A stretch of 64,000 nt of DNA, taken from contig CBDDDZ010000003.1 of NCBI GenBank assembly GCA_965226795.1, forward strand, positions 96,001 to 160,000, written 5' to 3'. Of this stretch, positions 39,376-49,710 are shown one piece after another (the stretch's first letter is position 1; every line of letters starts with the position of its first letter). The stretch is from Candidatus Latescibacterota bacterium (lineage in GTDB: Bacteria > Latescibacterota > UBA2968 > GCA-2709665). The notes beneath the pieces are model-generated. The model saw only the letters and a list, made by a program, of their open reading frames with translations, had not been told where the DNA came from and did not search any database. Position numbers and translations under genes: made by a program.

Positions 39376-41474
39376 AATCTGCTTCGAACATCCCGGTTCT
39401 CCTTTCCCTGCCATTCTGCATTGCCGTGCTGGGTTCTGTTCTTACATGGTGTGCAGGTCTATCCGCATCCGACGATAGCCAACGTCCCTATGTGCCGCCG
39501 AGCGAGATCCCTGCGGCTCTCCTGTCGACACTCGAGGACGCCGCCCGGGAAGTCCTGATCGCGGTCGCGTCCGGAATCATGAACTTTCCGGAAGGTAAGA
39601 CCGTTGCGCAATGGCACGAATTCGAGAATGTCCATCCGGCTCTAAAGGATGCGCTCGACAGGCACGCGCCGGAGATTCTGTCTAAAGTATTTCCTGACGC
39701 AGAATCCAGCAGAACATACAAGATAAGATTTCCCCATGGCGCGGACCGGGCAGCGATATCCGAAGAACTGCAACACCTTCCGGGAGTCGAATTCGCGGAA
39801 CCCAATCAGATCGGCACCCTGGGATACTGTCCCGACTATGTCGATGACACTGGACCTGAAAGTGCCGTTGCATCCGATTTCGACGGCGACGGACGGGTAG
39901 GATTTGCAGATTTCATCGCCTTCGCCGGCGCGTTTGGTAGATCGTCTGGCGATGAGCAGTTTGATGCGGGATTCGACCTGGACGACGATGACACCGTTGG
40001 ATTTGGCGATTTCGTAATCTTTGCGGGTAATTTTGGAAAGCTGGTAGGCGAGAGCAATGGCGCAATTTGCGGCCGGACGTCACAGGTGCGCCACGCCATC
40101 CTGAGAGCGCTATCGGACGTGGACAATTGCGCCCTCGTAACACGGGAGCACCTCGCGTCGATCCAGGGCCTGGTTCTGGTTTACGAGTGCATTACCGGCT
40201 TTCGTGAAGGTGATTTCGCCAACCTCTCTAATCTGAAAGGTTTGGAGCTTTCCAGCAATGATCTCACGACACTTCCGGAAGGTGCATTTTCACGCCTGGA
40301 CAGCCTGAAGATCCTGGAGCTTCGCTACAACAGACTGACGTCGCTGCCCGAAGGTGCGTTTTCAGGATTGTCCAATTTGAGGGGATTGGCGCTATCCGGA
40401 AACAATCTGGAAACGCTGCCTGAAGGCATCTTCAGCGATCTGGCCAGTCTACGAAGGCTCAGCCTGAAGAACAATTCTCTCAGTGCGCTGCCGGTAGGTA
40501 TGTTTTCCGGATTGGACAGCCTGCGTACGCTGGTGTTCAAAAACAACAACCTGGAATCACTGCCGGTGGGTGTCTTTGCCGGCCTGTCTGCACTTCGCAG
40601 CCTGTTTCTTGATGCAAATGCTCTGGGCACGCTGCCTGCGGGTCTGTTTTCCGACCAAACCCGTCTGGAAAGACTGGAACTACGGAAAAATGTCCTGCAC
40701 ACACTGCCAGCGGGTGCGTTTGCCGGCCTTAACAGCGTGCGCACCCTGATGCTGGAAGATAACGAATTGGGTACACTGGTTGACGGTGTATTCAATGGGA
40801 TGGGTAGGCTGGAAACGCTGTCGCTTTTTCGAAACGCTTTACAATCGGTCCAGGGAGGCGCTTTTTCCGACCTTTCCAATTTGCGAGTTCTGATGCTCAG
40901 CGAAAACGAACTGACGACGTTGCCAGAAGGCACATTCACGGGCATGAAACGATTGCAAGCGATTTGGCTATATAACAACCGTCTGACCACGCTGCCTGCG
41001 GCTGCGTTCTCGGGCCTTGACAGCCTGCGCGCACTTGTGCTTAGTGACAACAATTTGAGCACGCTACCCGAGGGCATGTTCTCTGGTCTGTACAACCTGG
41101 GGTCGTTATGGATTGACAATAACCCGGGGGCTCCCTTTACGTTGACGATAGAGTTGGAGCGCACCGACAACCTGAACGCATCCGAGCCAGGACCGGCGAC
41201 TGTGGTCGCCCGGGTCGCGGAGGGCGCCCCTTTCGATATGACCGTCAATCTGGCGGTACAAGCAGGTAGCATTTCCGACTCGACGGCGACCATATTGAAG
41301 GGGCACATCGAGAGCGAAGCCTTCGTCGTGACACAGATAGGGTCCGAACCGACGACGGTGAGTATGGTTTCCGCGCCAGGCATACCGATGCGAGGAGATG
41401 GCTACACAAACTACGACGGTATCCTGACCGCGGTGGGTGCGTCCATTGTTCTGTTCCCGAAGTCCACTGAATAG
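39372..41474 (+). CDS. Secreted leucine-rich repeat protein with an S8-propeptide-like N-domain and an internal dockerin/EF-hand module
   Basis: Signal peptide; LPGVEFAEPN; DFDGDGRVGFADF...DLDDDDTVGFGDF; 13-14 typical 24-aa LRRs (LxxLPxGxFxGLxxLxxLxLxxN). Confidence 0.9.
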   Translation: MKSASNIPVLLSLPFCIAVLGSVLTWCAGLSASDDSQRPYVPPSEIPAALLSTLEDAAREVLIAVASGIMNFPEGKTVAQWHEFENVHPALKDALDRHAPEILSKVFPDAESSRTYKIRFPHGADRAAISEELQHLPGVEFAEPNQIGTLGYCPDYVDDTGPESAVASDFDGDGRVGFADFIAFAGAFGRSSGDEQFDAGFDLDDDDTVGFGDFVIFAGNFGKLVGESNGAICGRTSQVRHAILRALSDVDNCALVTREHLASIQGLVLVYECITGFREGDFANLSNLKGLELSSNDLTTLPEGAFSRLDSLKILELRYNRLTSLPEGAFSGLSNLRGLALSGNNLETLPEGIFSDLASLRRLSLKNNSLSALPVGMFSGLDSLRTLVFKNNNLESLPVGVFAGLSALRSLFLDANALGTLPAGLFSDQTRLERLELRKNVLHTLPAGAFAGLNSVRTLMLEDNELGTLVDGVFNGMGRLETLSLFRNALQSVQGGAFSDLSNLRVLMLSENELTTLPEGTFTGMKRLQAIWLYNNRLTTLPAAAFSGLDSLRALVLSDNNLSTLPEGMFSGLYNLGSLWIDNNPGAPFTLTIELERTDNLNASEPGPATVVARVAEGAPFDMTVNLAVQAGSISDSTATILKGHIESEAFVVTQIGSEPTTVSMVSAPGIPMRGDGYTNYDGILTAVGASIVLFPKSTE

Positions 41475-41727
41475 ACCCTGGAGTCTTCTCCGGTAGCGGG
41501 CCCTGAATTGAAGCACCGAGGATCATTTAATGCCGGGCATCCCGAAAACCCGGGCCGGTTGCCGGTTGGTGCAGACCAGGAAGGAAAGGAAAGCCAGTTG
41601 CTCCCACAGGCTCTTACACGATACTCTGCGGCAATAGCGTATAGCCTCGAGCGACAAGCCCCGTCAGCCCGATCACGCGATGCCGGCGGCAGCGCATAAG
41701 AAAAGGGACGAGAAAGGCGCGACCGGA

Positions 41728-42210
41728 ATGCAGCGCAGAATTGTGGCCTTCATTTCCTCGACGATCCTGGTGGGTCTCACCTTTCAGGGTTGTGAATACT
41801 ACCCGCTAAAATCGGATCCCGACTATCGGTTCTTTCAAATCAGAGTCGACAGCGTTTCCGTTGTGTCTCCCTTGAGGGTCGTCAGACCAGGACGAGGCGA
41901 AGTTACATGGCTGGTGCCCAGGAAGTCTCCGTTGGCCGTCGATGATACCATGCGCGTGGCGTTTTATGGCTGGATCGGTCACGATGGATGTCACGAATCT
42001 TCTCATATCGACACGACGAGAATCGATCTGGTCGGGTACAGAGTCAAGGTATGGAGTTGGGCTCGAATGCATGGGGGCTGTGTCGATATAGTTATGGAGA
42101 TACGTCCCGTCTTAGACATTTATCCGCCTTTGAGGATTGGCACATGGATCTTCCTCGTGTCCCAGCCCGATGGTTCTGTGTTGAGAAAGGAAGTTGTGGT
42201 TCAGCGATGA
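41728..42210 (+). CDS. Putative lipoprotein, paralog 3
   Basis: Leader ending FQGC; long DNA blocks nearly identical to paralog 2. Confidence 0.82.
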   Translation: MQRRIVAFISSTILVGLTFQGCEYYPLKSDPDYRFFQIRVDSVSVVSPLRVVRPGRGEVTWLVPRKSPLAVDDTMRVAFYGWIGHDGCHESSHIDTTRIDLVGYRVKVWSWARMHGGCVDIVMEIRPVLDIYPPLRIGTWIFLVSQPDGSVLRKEVVVQR

Positions 42211-42482
42211 ACACTTTTCATGAGGTGAAAGTTCATTGATAACCGTTTGGTTTAAACCTGCGTCTTGAGGTATTGTTGAGGGATTCCGGCGTCGCTGGTT
42301 CTGTTAACCGCTGATGCCGTTGATCTCTCCCGGATACGCAGGGGTTGACAACGGAACCTGGGAGGTTACATTCCGACTGTGAGTGGATCGTCATCGCGCG
42401 AGACACTTTCCACAATGTTCGACCTGGGCTGTCAGGAAGCCATCAGACGGGTCCACGCGGCTGATTATTGAAGGGTGACACT

Positions 42483-43475
42483 ATGGAACTGACCTATCGG
42501 CCCCGCCGGTTGAGGCGCACGGAACCCATACGGACGCTCGTCAGGGAAACCGTATTGAACGCAGGGGATCTGATCTTTCCCATGTTCGTTACGGAAGGCG
42601 TCAACGTGCGGGAACCGATAGACTCGATGCCGGGGCAGTTCCGGTTTTCGGTCGACGAACTCGTACGGGAATGCGAGACGGTGTACGGCCTCGGCATCTG
42701 CGGCGTGAACCTGTTCGGCTATTCGGAGGAGAAGGACGAGCGCGCCACGATGGCGTACAAGCCGGACGGGTTGATCCAGAGGGCGGTGCGGGCGCTGAAG
42801 GCGGCGCTTCCCGACCTCTGCGTGCAGACCGACGTGGCGCTGGATCCGTATACCACGCACGGGCACGACGGGCTGCTGATCGACGGAGAGATCGCCAACG
42901 ACGAGAGTGTCGGGGTGCTGTGCAGAATGTCGTTGTCTCACGCCGAAGCGGGTGTGGATTGGGTGACGCCGTCGGACATGATGGACGGCCGCGTTGGCGC
43001 CATCCGTGTGGCGCTGGACGACCTTGGGTTCAGCAACGTCGGCATTATGGCTTATTCCGCCAAATATGCATCCTGCTTCTACGGTCCCTTCAGAGGGGCG
43101 CTGAAGTCCGCGCCGGTGAAGGCCCGTGGCGTACCGAAGGACAAGAAGACGTACCAGATGGATCCCGCCAATATTCGGGAAGCGATGAAAGAGATCGCAC
43201 TGGATATCCAGGAAGGAGCCGACGTGGTGATGGTGAAACCGGCGCTGCCGTACCTGGACGTCATCGCAAGGGCGAAGGAGAGTTTCGACACACCCATTGC
43301 GGCGTACAACGTGTCCGGCGAATACGGGATGGTCCTGGCGGCCGCGGAGCGGGGATGGGTGGAAAAGGAACGGGCCATGGTCGAAACACTTACGTCCATC
43401 AAACGGGCGGGCGCGGATATGATTCTGACCTACTTTGCCGTGGAAATGGCGCAACTGTTGAGGGACGGGACGTAG
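42483..43475 (+). CDS. hemB: Porphobilinogen synthase
   Basis: RPRRLR, DVALDPYTTHGHDG (Asp-rich, non-Zn type), SDMMDGR, YSAKY and MVKP motifs. Confidence 0.97.
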   Translation: MELTYRPRRLRRTEPIRTLVRETVLNAGDLIFPMFVTEGVNVREPIDSMPGQFRFSVDELVRECETVYGLGICGVNLFGYSEEKDERATMAYKPDGLIQRAVRALKAALPDLCVQTDVALDPYTTHGHDGLLIDGEIANDESVGVLCRMSLSHAEAGVDWVTPSDMMDGRVGAIRVALDDLGFSNVGIMAYSAKYASCFYGPFRGALKSAPVKARGVPKDKKTYQMDPANIREAMKEIALDIQEGADVVMVKPALPYLDVIARAKESFDTPIAAYNVSGEYGMVLAAAERGWVEKERAMVETLTSIKRAGADMILTYFAVEMAQLLRDGT

Positions 43476-43527
43476 CCGCTGCGTCGGGCGAAACGCACGT
43501 GAAGAAACCGGAAAAAGCAGAATTTGC

Positions 43528-43556
43528 TTGACAGGGGAATGAGAATTCGATATTGT
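43528..43556 (+). promoter_or_regulatory. Sigma70-like promoter of the trpS leader
   Basis: TTGACA-17 nt-TATTGT. Confidence 0.6.
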
Positions 43557-43594
43557 TGACCGGTTCCTCACAATTCTGTCTAAAGGAAAAAGAG

Positions 43595-43672
43595 ATGGCG
43601 GCGCGCATTGAAATTTCCAGAAGTTGGTGGCGGTACAACGCCTATCGTACCGGCCGGCTGACTGCGTGCTGA
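43595..43672 (+). CDS. Trp-sensing leader peptide MAARIEISRSWWRYNAYRTGRLTAC
   Basis: 25-codon ORF with an AAGGA RBS and tandem TGG TGG directly upstream of trpS; too short for the supplied ORF track. Confidence 0.8.
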   Translation: MAARIEISRSWWRYNAYRTGRLTAC

Positions 43673-43700
43673 ATTTGAGATTCAATTTAAAAGATTAACG

Positions 43701-43733
43701 TCCCTGCCGGCCCACGGCGGGGATTTTTGTTTT
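43701..43733 (+). terminator. Attenuator terminator before trpS
   Basis: TCCCTGCCG-GCCCA-CGGCGGGGA followed by TTTTTGTTTT. Confidence 0.8.
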
Positions 43734-43746
43734 GGAGGGAATCGCA

Positions 43747-44823
43747 ATGGACGAACGGAAACGGATCCTGACGGGAGACCGGCCCACGGGGAGGATGCAC
43801 CTGGGACATTACGTCGGCTCGTTGCAAAACCGGGTGCGGCTGCAGGACGAATACGAATGTTATTTCCTGGTGGCGGACCTGCACATGCTCACAACCCGGC
43901 CGCAGAAGGAACATATCCATGCCCTGCGGGAGAACGTACGGGAGATGCTGCTGGACTACCTGGCAGTGGGCATCGATCCGTCCAGATCCACCATATACCT
44001 GCAGTCGGCGGTGCACGCGGTGTACGAGATGAATCTCTTCTTCGAGATGCTGGTGACCCTGCCGCGAGTCGCGCGCCTGCCCAGCATCAAGGATATGGCC
44101 CGCGCCGCCAGGTTGGACGACGAGGCGATCCCGTTCGGGCTTGTCGGATACCCTATTCTGCAGGCGGCGGATATTATGACGCCCCGGGCGCACCTGGTTC
44201 CCGTGGGAAAGGATAACCTGGCGCACGTGGAGGTGACTCGGGAAATCGCCCGGCGGTTCAACAGCTACTACGGGGAGGTTTTCCCGATTCCGGACGCCCT
44301 GATCGGTGACGTCCCCGTTCTTGTAGGTACCGATGGCCAGGCCAAAATGAGCAAGAGCCTGGACAATGCGATTTTTTTGTCTGACGACGCGCAGACCGTG
44401 AAGAAAAAGGTGCGTGGAATGTTCACCGATCCCAACCGGGTGAGCGCCGATATCCCCGGCAAGGTTGATGGAAATCCGGTGTTCGTATACCACGACGCGT
44501 TCAATCCGAATCGGGAGGAAGTTGCGGATCTGAAGTCGAGGTACCGCGCCGGGAAGGTCGGCGACGTGGAGGTGAAAGAGAAGTTGACTCGGGCGCTGAA
44601 CGACTTCCTCGACCCGATTCGGAAGCAAAGGGCGCGATACGAAGCGGATACCGGGTACGTGGAGAAGGTATTGTACGAAGGAACGCTGCGGGTTCGAGAG
44701 GTCGCCGATGACACGTTGAAGGCAATGAAAAAAGCGATGGGGCTCACCGGTGTCTGGAACCGGATATCAAGAAAAGCCCGCGACCGGATGCGGAACCAGG
44801 AGCAACAGATCTCCGAAATATGA
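43747..44823 (+). CDS. trpS: Tryptophan--tRNA ligase
   Basis: TGDRPTGRMHLGHY (HIGH), YPILQAADI, VPVGKD, KMSKS, MFTDP. Confidence 0.97.
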   Translation: MDERKRILTGDRPTGRMHLGHYVGSLQNRVRLQDEYECYFLVADLHMLTTRPQKEHIHALRENVREMLLDYLAVGIDPSRSTIYLQSAVHAVYEMNLFFEMLVTLPRVARLPSIKDMARAARLDDEAIPFGLVGYPILQAADIMTPRAHLVPVGKDNLAHVEVTREIARRFNSYYGEVFPIPDALIGDVPVLVGTDGQAKMSKSLDNAIFLSDDAQTVKKKVRGMFTDPNRVSADIPGKVDGNPVFVYHDAFNPNREEVADLKSRYRAGKVGDVEVKEKLTRALNDFLDPIRKQRARYEADTGYVEKVLYEGTLRVREVADDTLKAMKKAMGLTGVWNRISRKARDRMRNQEQQISEI

Positions 44824-45071
44824 GGATACGCATGGAACGGCGGAACGGCATTCCGGATGGGATGATGGCGATTTCAATGCGACGCTGGTGGTTCTGCGCA
44901 ACGGGAGCCGTGCGTCCGCCACCGGATGGTCGAAACCACGCAGTATGACTAAGGCCGCGGTTCACCTGAAGGCGAATCTCGGCTTTTTTCGTCGAGAAAC
45001 GAGAACCAGTGTTTGCAGGTCATACAGAGGCTTCCAGGGCGCCTCACCTCGTTTTCCGGATCATGGATTAT

Positions 45072-46040
45072 CTAATGCGATAGGGATGAGTCCTCGCGAA
45101 CAGGGCCGGTCCGCTCGCGGTTGGCGGCCTCGAACAGGCCGGCGGCGAGCGCTTCGAGGCGCTCGCGCCATGCCAGTTTGTCCAGCCACCCGGGGGGAGC
45201 GCCCGACATGCCCCACAGCGCGCCGGCAAGCTGACCGGTAACGGCGGCCACCGTGTCGGCGTCATTGGCGAGATTGGCGGCCAGAACCAGGGCATCCTCA
45301 ATCGAATCTGATCTGTCCACGCACCACAGCGCCGCTTCGAGCGTGTGCAGTACATATCCCGACGAGGAAATGTCGCCGCGCTCCCTGGGGCGCCACGACC
45401 CCGCGGCCACCCCGGCGATCTGAGCGTCGCCGCTCCAGTCCCTCGCGCGCAGGACGGTTTCTTTCGGCGCCCCGGCTATCGCCTCGATCAGCAGTTCGAC
45501 ATAAAGCGCACAAGCCTCTACCGCTTGCGCGGCGCCGTGCGTGGTGCGGCTCTGCAATCGGGCGGCCGCAGTTGCCCCGGACCGGTCGCGCCACCAGCGG
45601 ATCGCCACCGGCGACAGCCGCATGAGCGAACCGTTGCCGGCGCTTTGCGGATCGGTGCTGCCGCTCAACGGTTCCCGGGTTTCGCTAAAGGAGTCAAGCG
45701 CGACGGCCGTTGCCCTGCCGATATCGAAACACTTGCCGGTGACCGAGTTGTGTCCCTCCTCATACCACCGGAGGAACCGTTGCATCAGGTCCCGGACATC
45801 GAGCAGGCCGCGTTCCAGCAACGATTCCGCGAGGCAGAGGGCCATGCTCGTATCGTCGGTCCATTCCCCGGCGGCGAGGCCGAACGGGCCCCCGCCCACG
45901 AGGTCGGTAACCGGTGGCTTTGTGTCCCGCCCGGCGAACTCGAGCGTCGTGCCGAGCGCGTCGCCCAGCGCGAGCCCAACCAGCGCCCCTTTTGCACGGT
46001 CCAGAGCCCCCGCCACGTCACGGTTTGGCGCCCGGCCCAT
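45072..46040 (-). CDS. ADP-ribosylglycohydrolase (DraG-like)
   Basis: GLALGDALG, WTDDTSMA, GNGSLMR and DADTVAAVTGQLAGA motifs. Start uncertain (ORF open to 46136). Confidence 0.92.
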   Translation of the reverse strand: MGRAPNRDVAGALDRAKGALVGLALGDALGTTLEFAGRDTKPPVTDLVGGGPFGLAAGEWTDDTSMALCLAESLLERGLLDVRDLMQRFLRWYEEGHNSVTGKCFDIGRATAVALDSFSETREPLSGSTDPQSAGNGSLMRLSPVAIRWWRDRSGATAAARLQSRTTHGAAQAVEACALYVELLIEAIAGAPKETVLRARDWSGDAQIAGVAAGSWRPRERGDISSSGYVLHTLEAALWCVDRSDSIEDALVLAANLANDADTVAAVTGQLAGALWGMSGAPPGWLDKLAWRERLEALAAGLFEAANRERTGPVREDSSLSH

Positions 46041-46199
46041 CACGCCACCCTCGCCAAACTTCTGCTCGATAACCTCATGGAATTCCTCCAATGCGATAGG
46101 GGGGCGCCGGACCCTCCCGGAAAGTGATCGCGGCACATACTAGAAAAAAAGCGTGGCGCGGCAGATGCCGTGCCACGCTTGGCCGGACCCTTCGCGCGC

Positions 46200-49162
46200 T
46201 CAGAAGCGCAGGCTGACTTGGCTGAAGACAAGGCGGCCCACCTCCGGAGCGCCGATGAACGAACGGTATGGCGTATTGAGGACGTTGCTCCCGTCGACAT
46301 GGAAAACCAGATCCCTTTCGACGGGCAACCGATAGTTCAGCGTCAGGTCAAGAACCGTATAGGCATCCACGTCGCCCACGTACACCCCGGATTGCATGGG
46401 AAAGGAACCAGTGAAGCGCAACGCGCCGCCGACGGCCAACCCCAACCGGGAGAAGTCGTACGACGCCCCGAGTTTGAACTTGTGCCGGGGCGCATTCAGC
46501 GCGATATCGCCGCTCCCCGGGACATGGGTGTATTTCAGGTTCTCAAAGAAATTTTCGTTCACAAAGGAGTAGTTGCCAGTTAGCCTCCATTGCGCAGTCG
46601 GATAGTAGGCCAGGCTCAGATCCAATCCGTGGATGGTGACATCTTCATAATTGCGGTATGTCAACACCATCGCGTAGGGTTCGGACGCCTGCTCCGGCGT
46701 CACCGTGCCGTATGGAATCGCGGCCGCCCCGGCCACAAAGATGGCAGTAAGTTCGTCCACCGGTGAACCGTTCCTGTTGCCCTCCAGGAGACCTGGCACC
46801 TGCACCTCGTCCACCACCTGCAAGCCCGCGGCGATCAGCGCATTGGCCGGATCGGACAGCGTCTGTTCGAATCCCCGATTCAGAGCCGCGCCCAGACTCT
46901 CCGGTTCGAGAAAGACGTTGGGGGTTTCCACCGAAACCGAGCCCACGTAATTCTCGATTCTGGACTGATACAGATCCGCGGCCACGACGAGTTTGTCGGC
47001 CACGACGGCCTTTGTAGCCGAATTCGATTGTCCTCGTAATGGCGGACTGGATGCGCGGAACGTCATAGGCCGTAACAGGCGTGGCGCCGTCCGACTCAAC
47101 AAAGAAGAACGGCTGTCGACTTTCATCGGGCTCTTCACCGAGCGGCTCCGCCTCGATGTTCAACCGACCCATGACATTGCGCAGACCTGTCAATCGCTCG
47201 GGTACGATACCGGGAAAGGCCTCAGCCAGTCCATTCGCAATGGCCTGGGCTTCTTCGGCACCCAGGCCCTGTTCGATCAGGATGTCGACGGCCATTTCTT
47301 TTATAGTGGGCAATAGTTGCGCCAGCACCGCCTCCCGGCCGACACCCCACATTACGTTGGTGAAGACCGGGTCGTCCAAACGCAGGTACTGATCGGCCGG
47401 CAGACCGGCCATAGCGGCAAAGGGCGATCGGAAAAGCGGCCGGCCTCCTTCCCGCCGGAACGTGAAGCCGTAACCGTTGTTCCGGTAGTTTCCCTGTGTC
47501 CGGAGGTCCATTGCATCGAACTCCAGTCCGCGTGCTGAAAACATCGGCGTGAAAATCTCGCTGAACCCGAAGGGGTCTCTGGCTGCCTGCAGATCGAGGT
47601 AGAGATTGTTCGACGTGGGTGTGCTGAAAGCCCGGTTGTAGGTCAAACGCCACGTCTGGGTCGGCTTTGGCTTGAACACCAGTGCGGCACGGGGCGAAAA
47701 TTCAGGATCCGCGAGGCGGTTATGGTAGTCGTAGCGCAGGGCAAGTACCAGGTCAAGCATCCGGGAAAGGGAGGTTTCACTCTGCAGGTAGACGCCGAAC
47801 TCGTTCAGGTCGTCGTCATCCTCGTTCCTGCCCATGATTGTACCTTCGGTATTCGGCCGCGTCATCAGCGCGTCCAGGCCGTACGTGAATCGCTGGCGGG
47901 CGCCCAGATTCGACGTATGTTGCGTCTGGAAAACCGTGAGGGCGGATCTGTCGACCACGGGAGTGCCGGTACGCAACAGAAAGGTGCCGCCCGCATCGGT
48001 CCAGTTGCGGAAGGCCTGGATAAACCAGTCGCCGTACAACACCCGCAGCTGGGCGTAGTTGTACTGCCAGTCTATCGTCTGCGAGGCGCCCACGGCAGTC
48101 AGCCCGACCAGGTCCGCCTTGTTGTGTCCCGCCGACAGGATGGCGGTGAAGTTGTCGGAGGCGCGCCAATCCAGACGCGCTTCCAGGCCGAGATTCTTGG
48201 TATCGGGATCGCGGGTCTGGAAGCGGCTGACAAGTTCAAATCGGCGGCGATCTCCTTCATCTCGTGCGCTGCCTGGCTCTTACCTCTTCCGGGTCGGTAT
48301 ACTCCCACTCCCTCCCCGTGTAGTACCGGGCCGAAACCTTGTAGCCCACCCGGTCCCCGACCGCGCCTGCGTGCCGAATCGAGGCCTGGTGCAGGCTGCG
48401 CTCTCCATATCCGAAATGGGCGCTCGTGCCCTGCGAGGTAAACGGGGAATGGGTAATGATATGCATGACTCCATCGGCGCTGTTGGGTCCGTACAGGGCC
48501 GATCCCGGCCCCAGGACCACCTCGATCCGTTCCACGTCGTCACTGGTAATGGGAATGAAATTCGGGGCGTTGACCCGCACGGAGGGCACCCGGGCGAGAC
48601 GGTTGTCCGTCATCATGAGCAGGGTCCCCGTGAATACACTGTTGAAGCCGCGCACCACGATGCTGCTGTTGGCCATCCCAGTCTTCGCAAAGTCCACCGC
48701 TGGCAGATTTTTGACGTGGTCGGCGACGTTCATCGACGGGTTGTTGCGGATGTCGGCCTCCTCAACCACCACGACCGAAGCGGGGGCCTCCAGGGCCCTT
48801 TCCTGCCGTCGTGAAGCGGAGACCACGCTCTGCTCCAGAAAAATGACCTGTTCCTTGAGGATCACATTCAGCGTGGTGGACCGGCCTGCCTGCACCGACA
48901 CGTTTTCCCGGATTTCGGGCTTGTAGCCAATGAATGTAATCTCGATCCGGTAATTCCCCGCCGGAACGGCAAAACGGAACCGCCCCTCGGTGCCTGCCGC
49001 GGCCCCGGTTCTCTCCGGCTGATCGTTGCCCTGAACAACGATATTGGCGCCGGACAGGGACTTCCCGCCCGCTCCTGTAACCGTCCCTTCGAGATAGCCA
49101 CCGGGTTGGGCCCAAACAGTCCCGACCCCCTGCATCATCCAGAGAAATAGCAACGCGCGCAC
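46200..49162 (-). pseudogene. TonB-dependent receptor with an N-terminal carboxypeptidase-regulatory-like domain, two frameshifts
   Basis: VVSASRR, plug motif VERIEVVLGPGSALYG, SPRAALVFKP and C-terminal F are spread over three frames, with shifts near 48275 and 47008. Confidence 0.85.
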
Positions 49163-49411
49163 CGTGTTTTCCCCCTCGAACGTCCAGGGCCGGCCCTGAA
49201 TTGGCGGTTTGAGAACCAAACACTTCTAAAATGCGTCATTTATCCGATGGCTTGACGACGACTTTGGCCGTCACCCAGCGGCGTTACGGTCGAAATTGCG
49301 GTGTTCGAAGGTCGTAATCCGTCCGGTATGCGAAATGCCGGATGAATCGAATTATCCGGATAACATGCGCCGGCCATTGTCCGAATTTCGAAATTTTGTT
49401 AAATATTTAAA

Positions 49412-49439
49412 GTTATATCGGAATACCCGGTCTTGTCAA
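49412..49439 (-). promoter_or_regulatory. Sigma70-like promoter of the TonB-dependent receptor
   Basis: Minus strand TTGACA-16 nt-TATAAC in an AT-rich stretch. Confidence 0.5.
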
Positions 49440-49710
49440 CTTTCGAATTACCGCCGTCGTATGAATGGACTCTCGACCTTCTTCGATATCCTTTAAGCGA
49501 CGATTTGAAACGAGTCAATCAATCCAGTGGTTATGTTTCAATTGTTTAAGACGGAACACCCGGTTACGTTACCGCCAGGACGCAGTAAACGATAGCCCAT
49601 CTTTCCGGTCTAATTCTCGAGCCTATCAAACTGCAGTCGCCAATTGATAAACGCGTTTTCATTTTCGCGAACCCGGGTGATCAATCCGACAAAGGCAAAA
49701 GGAGCATACA

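Noticed and set aside
38249..42210. Possible diversity-generating retroelement behind the paralog variation
   Set aside because: No reverse transcriptase in the window, and the differences are not adenine-specific.
43560..43740. T-box riboswitch upstream of trpS
   Set aside because: No T-box consensus (AAxxxGGGTGGxACC) found; the leader-peptide model explains the region.
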